Shown: positions 1-8,022, counted from the first letter of the stretch. The stretch is DNA of 24,000 nt from an uncultured Ruminococcus sp. (GCA_964638045.1 CAZWXE010000001.1:6550-30549); one strand, 5' to 3'. A program made the numbers and translations. Notes: generated from the sequence alone by a model not told the origin.

Positions 1-1020
1 AAAGCAAATGAGGACGCCCGCAACCCCGATGGCAAACACCAGGGAAAGAAACCATACGCGGGAAACCATGTATTGAATGTGACGGCGGTGCTGTTTGACA
101 TTCGCCTCCGCCACCTCCGGAATCAGCAAACCCGAAAAGGAGGAAATCAGTGCCGCGGGGTAGAGTACCACGGGGAGTGCCATGCTTTGAATGCTTCCGT
201 AGGCAACCAATGCGGCCGCGTGAGAGGCGCCGCAAGAGCGCAAGCCCTGCGGAATCAAAATGTGTTCCAGTGTTAAAAGTCCGGAACGAATGTAGGCGGT
301 GAGTGCAATGGGAACGGAAATTTTCATCAAATCGCGTCCCTCATGCCCATTGCACACGGTGCCGGCTTCTCCGTTGCGGCGGCGATCGGTCAGGTACAGG
401 AGCAGCTCTACCGAAAAGGATGCCGTTTCGGCCAAGGCGCCGCCCAATACCAGTGCACAGCAGGTTGTCTCAATGTCATGTCCGTCCGCCAGCCTTGCCA
501 AAAGCAGCATGGTGAAGCCAATCTTCAGGCCTTGCTCGGATACCTGTACAACGGCATTTTTGTAAACACGGCGAACCGCGGTAAAATAACCGTTGAAGGT
601 AGAGGAAAGCGCAATGAGGGGAAGCGTGATGCCGAACAGTCGCAGCGAGCGCACGGTTCGCGCATCCTTGAGCCAATGCAGGCCGATGAATTCGGCCGAG
701 CACAGCAGCAGAAGCATGGCGCCGATTCCGAACAGCAGGGAATAGGTGACTGCGCGGCGCATAATGGTCCCGACACGCTCCGGTTCCTCCCGACCGATGG
801 CATCCACCACCGTTCGGGTAACCCCGAGGTGAATGCCGGAGGTGGCAAGCGTCAGAGCAAAGCCGTATACGCCGCCCATCAACGAGAACAGGCCCATTGC
901 CTCGGCGCCTGCCCGATTGGAAATGTAAATTTGAAATCCGACGCTGACCGTGCGAATGAGCAAGGACGCGGCAGTCAGCAGCATGGCATTCCAAAACAAT
1001 CTTTGCGCGTTTTTTTTCAT
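1..1020 (-). CDS. spoVB: MOP-superfamily flippase, SpoVB-like (stage V sporulation protein B / MurJ-type); N-terminal 340 aa only, the 3' end lies beyond the window start
   Basis: Absent from the ORF track because it has no stop codon inside the window. The reverse complement of 1018-1020 is ATG, with GGAGG about 10 nt upstream, and the frame stays open to base 1. The translation MKKNAQRLFWNAMLLTAASLLIRTVSVGFQIYISNRAGAEAMGLFSLMGGVYGFALTLATSGIHLGVTRTV... is multi-TM. By eye it fits the N-terminal pattern of SpoVB / polysaccharide-biosynthesis flippases. The listed ORFs 343..1086(+) and 476..1231(-) are Arg/Gly/Gln-rich shadows of this gene. Confidence 0.75.
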   Translation of the reverse strand, partial: MKKNAQRLFWNAMLLTAASLLIRTVSVGFQIYISNRAGAEAMGLFSLMGGVYGFALTLATSGIHLGVTRTVVDAIGREEPERVGTIMRRAVTYSLLFGIGAMLLLLCSAEFIGLHWLKDARTVRSLRLFGITLPLIALSSTFNGYFTAVRRVYKNAVVQVSEQGLKIGFTMLLLARLADGHDIETTCCALVLGGALAETASFSVELLLYLTDRRRNGEAGTVCNGHEGRDLMKISVPIALTAYIRSGLLTLEHILIPQGLRSCGASHAAALVAYGSIQSMALPVVLYPAALISSFSGLLIPEVAEANVKQHRRHIQYMVSRVWFLSLVFAIGVAGVLICF

Positions 1021-1045
1021 GTGTTCCGTTCCTCCGTTCTTTCAC

Positions 1046-1075
1046 ATTTGTATGTGGACGGAAGGGAAAATAGTT
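1046..1075 (-). promoter_or_regulatory. Candidate mother-cell (sigma-E-like) promoter for the spoVB-like gene
   Basis: The minus strand reads AACTATT (1075-1069), a 14-nt spacer, then CATACAAAT (1054-1046). This resembles the B. subtilis sigma-E consensus (kmATATT - ~14 - CATACAnT). The match is imperfect and relies on cross-taxon extrapolation. Confidence 0.25.
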
Positions 1076-1176
1076 ATCGAACATGATTCTTTTCCCTTTT
1101 TTGACAAAAACAGAACCTTTGTTTCGTGCATTATGTGGTATTTTTTCAGAAAATACGAAAAATAGAAAAATGGGTA

Positions 1177-1205
1177 TTGACAAAAAAACATTCTGTTTAT
1201 ATAAT
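1177..1205 (+). promoter_or_regulatory. Sigma-A type promoter for rubredoxin
   Basis: TTGACA (1177-1182), a 17-bp spacer, then TATAAT (1200-1205). Both hexamers are consensus. An SD (AGGAG, ~1235-1239) and the ATG at 1250 lie downstream. Confidence 0.65.
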
Positions 1206-1249
1206 AGTATCTGCTTGAAAGAAAATATCAAAAAAGGAGTTCAAAAGCG

Positions 1250-1435
1250 ATGATTATTCATGTCTGCGAATTATGCGGCTATGAGTACAATCCCTTTGTG
1301 GGAGATGCCGACAACGGTATTGAAGCAAGAACCGATTTTGAGGATTTGCCTCAGGATTGGGTTTGCCCTCTGTGCGGCGCATCCAAGGAGGATTTTATCG
1401 AAGACGAAAGAGAAGTCGAAGAGGACTTGTTCTAA
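1250..1435 (+). CDS. Rubredoxin (61 aa)
   Basis: [15 protein letters not shown]...[14 protein letters not shown] carries the two Cys pairs CxxCG and CPxCG at the spacing typical of rubredoxin. It has its own promoter, SD and downstream hairpin. The C-terminal tail is acidic ([11 protein letters not shown]). Confidence 0.9.
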   Translation: MIIHVCELCGYEYNPFVGDADNGIEARTDFEDLPQDWVCPLCGASKEDFIEDEREVEEDLF

Positions 1436-1453
1436 ACTCACCCAACGGTATTT

Positions 1454-1487
1454 GGCGGAGGCTTTGCCTTTCGCCTTTTTTCTTTTT
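1454..1487 (+). terminator. Candidate intrinsic terminator after rubredoxin
   Basis: GGCGGAGGC-TTT-GCCTTTCGCC forms an imperfect GC-rich hairpin (1454-1475), followed by TTTTTTCTTTTT (1476-1487). Confidence 0.45.
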
Positions 1488-1500
1488 CGGGGAATGCCGA

Positions 1501-1529
1501 TTGACTTTTTCCGCGCTTTGTGATACAAT
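1501..1529 (+). promoter_or_regulatory. Sigma-A type promoter for polA
   Basis: TTGACT (1501-1506), a 17-bp spacer, then TACAAT (1524-1529), with TGA immediately upstream of the -10 (extended -10-like TGnTACAAT). Confidence 0.5.
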
Positions 1530-1565
1530 GATGCGGAGAACTACCGGATGATAAGGAGCATGCAT

Positions 1566-4088
1566 ATGAGAAAAAAATTGTTGGCTGTGGACGGCAACAG
1601 TATTCTGAACCGCGCCTTTTACGGGATTCGACCGTTGACCACCAAGGACGGCTTTTTTACCAACGCCCTGTACGGTATGGTCACCATGCTCGGCAGGCAA
1701 GTGGACAAGCTTTCTCCGGATTGCTGCGCGATTGCTTTTGACCTGAAGGCCCCTACCTTTCGCCATAGAATGTACGACGCCTACAAGGCGGGTCGACGCG
1801 CCATGCCCGAGGAGCTTGCCATGCAGCTTCCGGTGGCAAAAGAGTTGGCTCGGGCGTTGGGCTTTACCGTTTTGGAGGCGGAGGGCTACGAGGCGGACGA
1901 TATTTTGGGCACGCTGGCGCAAATGTGCAGTGAGGCCGATTGCTGTGCCTATTTGATGACGGGGGACCGCGACGCCCTGCAATTGATAGGCCCCGATGTC
2001 AAAGTGCTGTTGGCTACCAATTCCGACACCGTTGAGATGGATGAAAATGCGTTTTTTGAAAAGTACGGCGTTCGTGCCGAGCAGTTCGTGGACGTCAAGG
2101 CCTTGATGGGGGATAGCTCGGACAACATTCCCGGTGTGCCGGGCGTGGGGGAAAAGACGGCCTTGAGGTTGATTTCCGAATTCGGCAGCCTGGACGGTGT
2201 CTACGGTGCGTTGCCCACTGCAAAGCATACGCCTTCACTGCGCGCCAAGCTGGAGGCGGGCAAGGACAGTGCTTACCTTTCGCAGTCGTTGGCGCGCATT
2301 TGTCGGCAGGTCCCCTTGGGTGTTCCCTTGAGTGCTTTGGAAACGCACGGTATCGACCGTGCCGCCGCCAAAAAGCTGTTTTTGCAATTGGAATTCTCGG
2401 CGTTTATGAAGCGCTTCCGGCTGGATGAGGAAGTGCCTGCGGAACCGGTCTGCGCACCCGAGGTGAGCAGCGTTTCCGCAACGGCGGAAGGTCTTTCGGA
2501 GGTGCTCAAAACGCTTTCCGAGGTGGCGCTGGATTACAGTGAGGATGCAATCACGCTTTCGGACGGAAAGCACGTGTACCGCTATGATGGAACCGCGGAG
2601 TCTCTTGCGGCTTTGTTAAGAGGCAAAAAGACGGTGGTGTACGATGCCAAAACCTTCTTCAAGCTTCCGCAATGGGGGGCGCTGTTTGACTGCGACATGT
2701 TTGATTTGATGTTGGGAGCGTATCTTGTCAATTCCGCAAAGCCGGACTTCGGTTTTGCGACGCTTCTTTCGGATTATCTGTCGCTTTGCCTGCCGGAAAA
2801 TACCCCGCGTGCGGCGTATTTTTTGCCCCTGTATCGAGAATTGCGGCAACGCTTGGAGGATAGTGGGCAGACCGCGTTGATGGATACCGTCGAAATGCCG
2901 TTGTGCCGTGTGCTTGCGGACATGGAGCGGACCGGCTTTTGCATTGACCGCGAGGGCATTCGCGCTTACGGGGAGCAGCTTGGCGCTGTCGCCGAGGGCT
3001 TGGAAGCGCAAATTTACGAGCAGGCGGGCAAGCGCTTTAACATCAATTCGCCAAAGCAATTGGGCGAGGTGCTGTTTGATACGCTTGGGCTTCCGCACGC
3101 AAAAAAAACAAAAACGGGATATTCCACCAATGCGGAAATTTTGGAAAAGCTTCGTCCGTACCATCCCATCATTGAGGCCGTTTTGGATTACCGTCAGGTT
3201 ACCAAGCTGAAGAGCACCTACGCCGACGGACTGCTGAAGGTTGCGGATGCAAACGGCAGAGTTCATACCAATTTCAAGCAGACGGGAACCGCAACGGGCC
3301 GACTTTCCTCCACGGAGCCGAATTTGCAAAATATTCCCATTCGCACCGAACTCGGAAGGGAGCTGCGTCGCTTCTTCCTGCCGCAAAGCGGGGAGTATGT
3401 GCTCATCGATGCCGACTATTCTCAAATTGAGCTGCGCGTGCTGGCGCATATCTCCGGGGATGCGAACATGCTCCGTTCCTTTTCGGAGGGGATGGATATT
3501 CACACCTCCACCGCTGCCACCGTGTTCGGTGTAGCGCCCGAACAGGTTACCTCCGAAATGCGCAAAAAGGCAAAGGCGGTCAACTTCGGTATCCTTTACG
3601 GCATCGGCGCTTTTTCGCTGTCGGATGACATCGGAACCTCTCGCGCACAGGCACAGGAATATATTGACCAATATCTGGAAAGCTATCCGGGAATCGATGC
3701 TTATCTGAAGGATGTAATTGCCAAGGGCTACGAAAACGGATATGTCACCACCATGCTCGGCCGAAGAAGGTACATTCCGGAGCTTGCGGGCACCAACAAG
3801 GTGCAAAAAAAATTCGGAGAACGTGTCGCGATGAACAGCCCCATTCAGGGGACGGCTGCCGACATCATCAAGCTGGCGATGATTCGGGTACACAAGCGTC
3901 TGTCGGAAAGCGGCATGGATGCGAGACTGATTTTGCAGGTTCATGATGAATTGTTGATTGAGGCGCACCGCAATTGTGCCGAGCAGGCTAAGGTATTGCT
4001 GAAGGAAGAAATGGAGCATGCCGTGCAGTGCGCAGTGCCGCTGGAGGTGGATGTTCACATCGGCGAAAACTGGTACGAGGCAAAATAA
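1566..4088 (+). CDS. polA: DNA polymerase I
   Basis: The track ORF is 1548..4088. The N-terminal 5'-nuclease domain is present (LLAVDGNSILNRAFY, GYEADD, GDRDALQL, SDNIPGVPGVGEKTA). The C-terminal family-A polymerase motifs are present (DYSQIELRVLAH, KAVNFGILYG, QVHDELL). I prefer the ATG at 1566 (MRKKLL...) because AGGAG at 1554-1558 sits 7 nt upstream. The ATGs at 1548 and 1560 lack a usable SD spacing. Confidence 0.95.
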   Translation: MRKKLLAVDGNSILNRAFYGIRPLTTKDGFFTNALYGMVTMLGRQVDKLSPDCCAIAFDLKAPTFRHRMYDAYKAGRRAMPEELAMQLPVAKELARALGFTVLEAEGYEADDILGTLAQMCSEADCCAYLMTGDRDALQLIGPDVKVLLATNSDTVEMDENAFFEKYGVRAEQFVDVKALMGDSSDNIPGVPGVGEKTALRLISEFGSLDGVYGALPTAKHTPSLRAKLEAGKDSAYLSQSLARICRQVPLGVPLSALETHGIDRAAAKKLFLQLEFSAFMKRFRLDEEVPAEPVCAPEVSSVSATAEGLSEVLKTLSEVALDYSEDAITLSDGKHVYRYDGTAESLAALLRGKKTVVYDAKTFFKLPQWGALFDCDMFDLMLGAYLVNSAKPDFGFATLLSDYLSLCLPENTPRAAYFLPLYRELRQRLEDSGQTALMDTVEMPLCRVLADMERTGFCIDREGIRAYGEQLGAVAEGLEAQIYEQAGKRFNINSPKQLGEVLFDTLGLPHAKKTKTGYSTNAEILEKLRPYHPIIEAVLDYRQVTKLKSTYADGLLKVADANGRVHTNFKQTGTATGRLSSTEPNLQNIPIRTELGRELRRFFLPQSGEYVLIDADYSQIELRVLAHISGDANMLRSFSEGMDIHTSTAATVFGVAPEQVTSEMRKKAKAVNFGILYGIGAFSLSDDIGTSRAQAQEYIDQYLESYPGIDAYLKDVIAKGYENGYVTTMLGRRRYIPELAGTNKVQKKFGERVAMNSPIQGTAADIIKLAMIRVHKRLSESGMDARLILQVHDELLIEAHRNCAEQAKVLLKEEMEHAVQCAVPLEVDVHIGENWYEAK

Positions 4089-4112
4089 AAAATTCCTTTT
4101 CGGGGAACATAC

Positions 4113-4163
4113 AAACAAAACGAACGGCTTTCGTCAAATTGACAACAGCCGTTCGTTTTGTTT
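4113..4163. terminator. Bidirectional intrinsic terminator between the convergent polA and radA genes
   Basis: A perfect 17-bp stem pairs 4113-4129 (AAACAAAACGAACGGCT) with 4147-4163 (AGCCGTTCGTTTTGTTT). A/T runs inside the stem ends supply a U-tract in both orientations. The 17-nt loop contains its own palindrome GTCA-AAT-TGAC (4133-4143). Confidence 0.75.
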
Positions 4164-4187
4164 CATGACGGTGTACTTACATTCCGT

Positions 4188-5582
4188 TTATTCGTCATCG
4201 GTGCTTTTCATCATGTTCAGCACCTCATAGATGCTTTTGATGGGGATGATTTGAATACCGTCACATTGAATTTTTCGCTTTTCCGTGTTGCGATAGGGAA
4301 CAATGGCGTGAGTGAAGCCGAGGCGAGCCGCCTCCTTGATGCGTTGCTCCGGATTGGATACTGCACGGCATTCTCCCGCAAGGCCCAATTCTCCGATGGC
4401 AATCAAATTGTCTGGGATGATGCGGTTGAGCATGGAAGAAATCAGCGCCATGGCGAGTGATACGTCCGCGGCGGGCTCGTCCAATCGGAGACCTCCGATG
4501 ACGTTGAGATAGATGTCGTTTTGGTAAAACTTCAAGCCCAAGCGCTTTTCCAGCACGGCAACAATCAGGCACATGCGGTTGTAGTCAATGCCGTTTGCGG
4601 TGCGTCTCGGTGCGGGGAAGGCGGTGGGAGTGACCAGCGCTTGAATTTCCGCGATGATGGGACGGCTTCCCTCCATGGTGCACACGGCGCAGTTACCGGA
4701 AATGTTCTTCGGACGTCCCGCCAACAGCATTTCGGAAGGGTTTTCCACCTCTTCAAGTCCTTTGTCGGTCATTTCAAATACGCCGATTTCATTGGTGGAG
4801 CCGTAGCGGTTTTTAATGGCACGAATAATGCGGTAGGAATGCTGGCGTTCACCCTCGAAATAGAGCACCGCATCTACCATGTGCTCCAAAATTTTTGGGC
4901 CCGCGATGCTGCCTTCTTTGTTTACGTGCCCGACCATAATCACCGAAATGCCGTCGCTTTTTGCCTTGTTGATGAAGGCGAGCGCGGATTCCTTGATTTG
5001 TGTGACGCTGCCCGGAGTGGAGTTGACGGATACCGAATAGACGGTTTGAATGGAGTCTACGATGATGACCTCCGGCTTGACGCGGTCGGTTTCCTTTAAA
5101 ATTTTTTCGATGTTTGTCTCGGTAAGAACCAGCAGATTTTTTCCATTTACGCCGAGTCGGTTGGCGCGGAGCTTCAATTGTCCGCCGGATTCCTCTCCCG
5201 ATACATACAGAACCTTGCGCGATTCTCCCAGCGCGTCGCAAATTTGCATGAGCAGTGTGGATTTTCCGATGCCGGGCTCACCTGCCAGTAGGACCACCGA
5301 GCCGTGAACCAGACCGCCGCCCAACACCCGGTTCAGCTCTCCGCGGCCCGTGCTTTGACGCATATAGCAGGGAACCTCCAGGTCGGTAAAGCCGACAGCT
5401 TGGTTGTCTCCCGTTCCGGAGGCCAAAAGCTGTACACGCTTCGGGAGTGCCGCGACGTCCGGCGCTTGCTCCACATCCTCCGCAAAGGTGTTCCATGCGC
5501 CGCAATTGGGGCATTTGCCCATCCATTTAGAGGTTTTGTATTCACATTCCGAGCAGATGTAAACCGTTTTTAAGCCTTTCAT
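4188..5582 (-). CDS. radA: DNA repair protein RadA (Sms)
   Basis: N-terminal zinc ribbon CSECEYKTSKWMGKCPNCGAWNTF, Walker A GEPGIGKST, the KNRYG motif, and a Lon-like C-terminal domain. The track ORF extends to 5699, but the ATG at 5582 (MKGLKTVYIC...) has GGAGG 6 nt upstream. The upstream 39 codons overlap the cwlD 3' end and a promoter-like site. Confidence 0.95.
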   Translation of the reverse strand: MKGLKTVYICSECEYKTSKWMGKCPNCGAWNTFAEDVEQAPDVAALPKRVQLLASGTGDNQAVGFTDLEVPCYMRQSTGRGELNRVLGGGLVHGSVVLLAGEPGIGKSTLLMQICDALGESRKVLYVSGEESGGQLKLRANRLGVNGKNLLVLTETNIEKILKETDRVKPEVIIVDSIQTVYSVSVNSTPGSVTQIKESALAFINKAKSDGISVIMVGHVNKEGSIAGPKILEHMVDAVLYFEGERQHSYRIIRAIKNRYGSTNEIGVFEMTDKGLEEVENPSEMLLAGRPKNISGNCAVCTMEGSRPIIAEIQALVTPTAFPAPRRTANGIDYNRMCLIVAVLEKRLGLKFYQNDIYLNVIGGLRLDEPAADVSLAMALISSMLNRIIPDNLIAIGELGLAGECRAVSNPEQRIKEAARLGFTHAIVPYRNTEKRKIQCDGIQIIPIKSIYEVLNMMKSTDDE

Positions 5583-5613
5583 AAGGAGCCTCCGTTGTTT
5601 TTCGCTTTTTTTC

Positions 5614-5642
5614 ATTATACAATGGAAGCCGCTGAAAATCAA
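5614..5642 (-). promoter_or_regulatory. Candidate sigma-A promoter for radA
   Basis: The minus strand reads TTGATT (5642-5637), a 17-bp spacer, then TATAAT (5619-5614). The -35 lies in the loop and stem of the hairpin at 5631-5655. Confidence 0.45.
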
Positions 5643-5650
5643 CACCTTTT

Positions 5651-6400
5651 TCAGCTTTTTTCGGCTTGCGCGGCAGTCCACTGTCGAATGGAGTCGCAAA
5701 GCATTTGGGCAAGCTGCTGCTGATAATCCTCAGTGCCGAGCCGTTCGGCCTCGGCAGTGTTGGAAAGAAATCCGCACTCCACCAAAACGGCGGGAACCGT
5801 CAAATGCTCCAACAGGTAAATGGAGGAGCCTGCCGCTTTGATGCGGCGATGATTGTCGGGCTGCAGGCTTTTACGGGCGTTGTCCTGGATGATTTGTGCC
5901 AGGGACATGGAAAGCGTGTGGTTCCCGGAATACCACACCTGCAATCCGTGGGAGCTTTCCTGCGGGAAGGAGTTCATGTGAATGCTGACAAAAACGCTGT
6001 TGGGGGTGCTCTCTCCGATGAGACGTCGCGCCTCCAAATCCAATGCTTTTTTTCGTCCCTCAAAGTCGGTGTTGCGGTCATAAAGCAGGACGTCCGTTTC
6101 CCGCGTCAAAATGACCGAAACGCCTTTTTCCCGCAGCAGCTCCTTCAGCTTTAACGCAATGGACAGATTGATGTCCTTTTCCGCCAATCCGTTTTTGCCG
6201 ACCGCGCCGCCGTCCTCACCGCCGTGTCCCGCATCGAGAATGACCGTGTAGGGTGTGTGCTGCGACGATGCCGCAGAGGAAGAGGCTCGTTCTGTTGTTT
6301 TCGGTACACATCGTGCGAGGGAAGTGCAGGTGACGGTGAACAGCAACAGAAACAGCAAAAAACGAACGGGAAAACTCGATGTAGCGGAGGAATGTTTCAT
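5651..6400 (-). CDS. cwlD: N-acetylmuramoyl-L-alanine amidase (Amidase_3 family), CwlD-like, with an N-terminal signal/anchor
   Basis: The hydrophobic N-terminus (FPVRFLLFLLLFTVTCTS) is followed by ILDAGHGGEDGGAVG, EKDINL, VSIHMNSFP and LVECGFLSN, the zinc-amidase signature blocks. The size (249 aa) and motif layout fit the germination-specific amidase CwlD. The cwlD assignment is less certain than the amidase call. Confidence 0.85.
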   Translation of the reverse strand: MKHSSATSSFPVRFLLFLLLFTVTCTSLARCVPKTTERASSSAASSQHTPYTVILDAGHGGEDGGAVGKNGLAEKDINLSIALKLKELLREKGVSVILTRETDVLLYDRNTDFEGRKKALDLEARRLIGESTPNSVFVSIHMNSFPQESSHGLQVWYSGNHTLSMSLAQIIQDNARKSLQPDNHRRIKAAGSSIYLLEHLTVPAVLVECGFLSNTAEAERLGTEDYQQQLAQMLCDSIRQWTAAQAEKS

Positions 6401-6522
6401 GGACGCTTCCTTTCCTTCTTCTCAACGTGTCGTGACGCGCTTCTTCCTTTGCCGAAAATGACACGTTTTTTGATATATTTATACGGTCTTTATCATATTT
6501 ATTCGGAAAGAAGAAATCTTTA

Positions 6523-6550
6523 TTGACTTTTTCGTTTTTTGGTGTATAAT
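6523..6550 (+). promoter_or_regulatory. Candidate sigma-A promoter for the nusB-to-ybaK gene string
   Basis: TTGACT (6523-6528), a 16-bp spacer, then TATAAT (6545-6550), in the AT-rich divergent intergenic region between cwlD and nusB. Confidence 0.5.
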
Positions 6551-6610
6551 TAATATGGATTTTTATGTTTATGCGGTTGAAGGAAATACCGCGGAGAAAG
6601 GATACGGTTT

Positions 6611-7036
6611 TTGACCATGGCTGAATTGACAAGAAAAAATGCACGCGAGGAAGCGTTCCGCTTGCTGTTTGAAACAGAGTTTCGCAACGATGCGGAGGCC
6701 GAAGCTATTTATGCTTCGGCAGGTGAGCACCGCGGACTTCCCGAAAATGCTTATGTACGTCGGGTGTACTTCGGTGTAAGAGAACACATGGAGGAGATTG
6801 ACGAAAAAATCACCAAGCATTCCGACGGCTGGAAGGCAGCGCGCATTACTCCGATTTCGCGCTCGGCAATGCGCCTTTGCATTTACGAGATGCTGTTTAT
6901 GGAGGATATTCCGACGGTGGTTTCCATCAATGAGGCCATCGACCTGGTTAAAAAATATGATGACCCGAAAATGAAGGCCTTTGTCAACGGTGTGCTCAAC
7001 GGCGTCAAAACCGAAATCGAGGCCGAAAAAATATGA
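6611..7036 (+). CDS. nusB: Transcription antitermination factor NusB
   Basis: AELTRKNAREEAFRLLFETEF...INEAIDLVKKYDDPKMKAFVNGVLNGV is typical of NusB in length and motifs. The start is either TTG at 6611 (AAAGGA 8 nt upstream) or ATG at 6617. Confidence 0.9.
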   Translation: MTMAELTRKNAREEAFRLLFETEFRNDAEAEAIYASAGEHRGLPENAYVRRVYFGVREHMEEIDEKITKHSDGWKAARITPISRSAMRLCIYEMLFMEDIPTVVSINEAIDLVKKYDDPKMKAFVNGVLNGVKTEIEAEKI

Positions 7037-8022
7037 TGCCCGATTGCTTTTTGGGCATTGACACCAGCAATTACACCACCTCGGTTGCTTTGTGCACCGT
7101 GTCCGGAGAGATTACGCAGCAGTTTAAGCTGTTGCTGCCGGTGAAGGACGGTGCGTGCGGCCTGCGGCAGAGCGATGCGGTGTTTGCGCACGTCAAGCAT
7201 TTCCCGTTGTTGGCACAACAGCTTCGGGAGGCATTGGCCGGAAGAAGCCCTCTTGCCGTTGCCTGCTCGGCTTTCCCGAGAACGGCGGAGAATTCCTACA
7301 TGCCTTGCTTTTTGACGGGCAAAGCGGTGGCGTCCATGCTGGGGGCTTCGCTGAATGTCCCCGTTTACGAGTTTGCTCATCAGGAGGGGCATTTGATGGC
7401 GGCATTGTATTCCTGCGGCGCCGCGGAACGGTTGATGAAGGCTCCGTTTGCCGCCTTTCATGTTTCCGGCGGGACCACCGAGGTTTTGTACGTTACGCCG
7501 AAGGCTTGCGGATTTGAGGTGCGCTTGGTCGGAAAAACGGAGGATTTGAATGCGGGTCAGGCCATCGACCGCGCAGGCGTGATGATGGGGCTTTCCTTCC
7601 CTTGCGGGAAGGAGATGGAGCAGCTTGCACTGCAATGCAAGGAGGACATCAAGGGCCTGAAAACCTGTGTGCGGGACGGCAACTGCCATCTTTCGGGACT
7701 GCAAAATATTGCCGAACGGCTGTGGCTGGAAACGCAGGACCGTGCTTATGTCAGCAAGCTGGTGCTTGCCTTTATCGAAAAAACGCTTCGGCAGATGACC
7801 GCCGATTTGGATGCGCGCTTCGGACACCTTCCCATTGTGTACGCGGGCGGTGTAATGAGCAACCGCTTTTTGCAGCAACGGCTGTCCGAACGCGCGGATA
7901 CCTATTTTGCCGAGCCGCAGTATTCTGCGGACAATGCGGCCGGAATCGCTTTGCTGGGTAGGGCATCCTATCTGGCAGAACGCGCCGACGGCACCCAAAT
8001 GAGGACGGAGAACAGCAAATGA
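7033..8022 (+). CDS. TsaD/Kae1 (peptidase M22 / ASKHA) family paralog, divergent; function uncertain
   Basis: The 329-aa product aligns by eye with TsaD landmarks: LGIDTSNYTTS (vs GIETSCDET), FAHQEGH (vs VHHMEGH), HVSGGTT, DLNAGQAIDR, YAGGVMSN, SADNAAG. Its start (ATGATG) overlaps the nusB stop. Its stop overlaps the xseA start (ATGA, 8019-8022). Confidence 0.85.
   Translation: MMPDCFLGIDTSNYTTSVALCTVSGEITQQFKLLLPVKDGACGLRQSDAVFAHVKHFPLLAQQLREALAGRSPLAVACSAFPRTAENSYMPCFLTGKAVASMLGASLNVPVYEFAHQEGHLMAALYSCGAAERLMKAPFAAFHVSGGTTEVLYVTPKACGFEVRLVGKTEDLNAGQAIDRAGVMMGLSFPCGKEMEQLALQCKEDIKGLKTCVRDGNCHLSGLQNIAERLWLETQDRAYVSKLVLAFIEKTLRQMTADLDARFGHLPIVYAGGVMSNRFLQQRLSERADTYFAEPQYSADNAAGIALLGRASYLAERADGTQMRTENSK

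Noticed and set aside
343-1231. ORFs 343..1086(+) and 476..1231(-) at the left edge
   Set aside because: Both are alternative frames of the real minus-strand SpoVB-like gene (1-1020). That gene is open to the window edge and gives a coherent multi-TM protein.
2616-4118. A 500-aa minus-strand ORF antisense to polA
   Set aside because: It is fully contained in the polA polymerase domain, which has canonical motifs on the plus strand. The composition is junk-like and no homolog is recognisable.
5583-5699. A 39-codon N-terminal extension of radA, as given in the track (start 5699)
   Set aside because: The extension overlaps the cwlD 3' end and the hairpin and promoter region, and has no SD. The RadA zinc ribbon normally begins within ~10 residues of the N-terminus, which fits the ATG at 5582 with GGAGG upstream.
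6555-6614. A 19-codon mini-ORF (MDFYVYAVEGNTAEKGYGF) starting just after the nusB promoter -10
   Set aside because: It has no SD, sits at or before the predicted TSS, and has no attenuator structure downstream. It is most likely a chance ORF.
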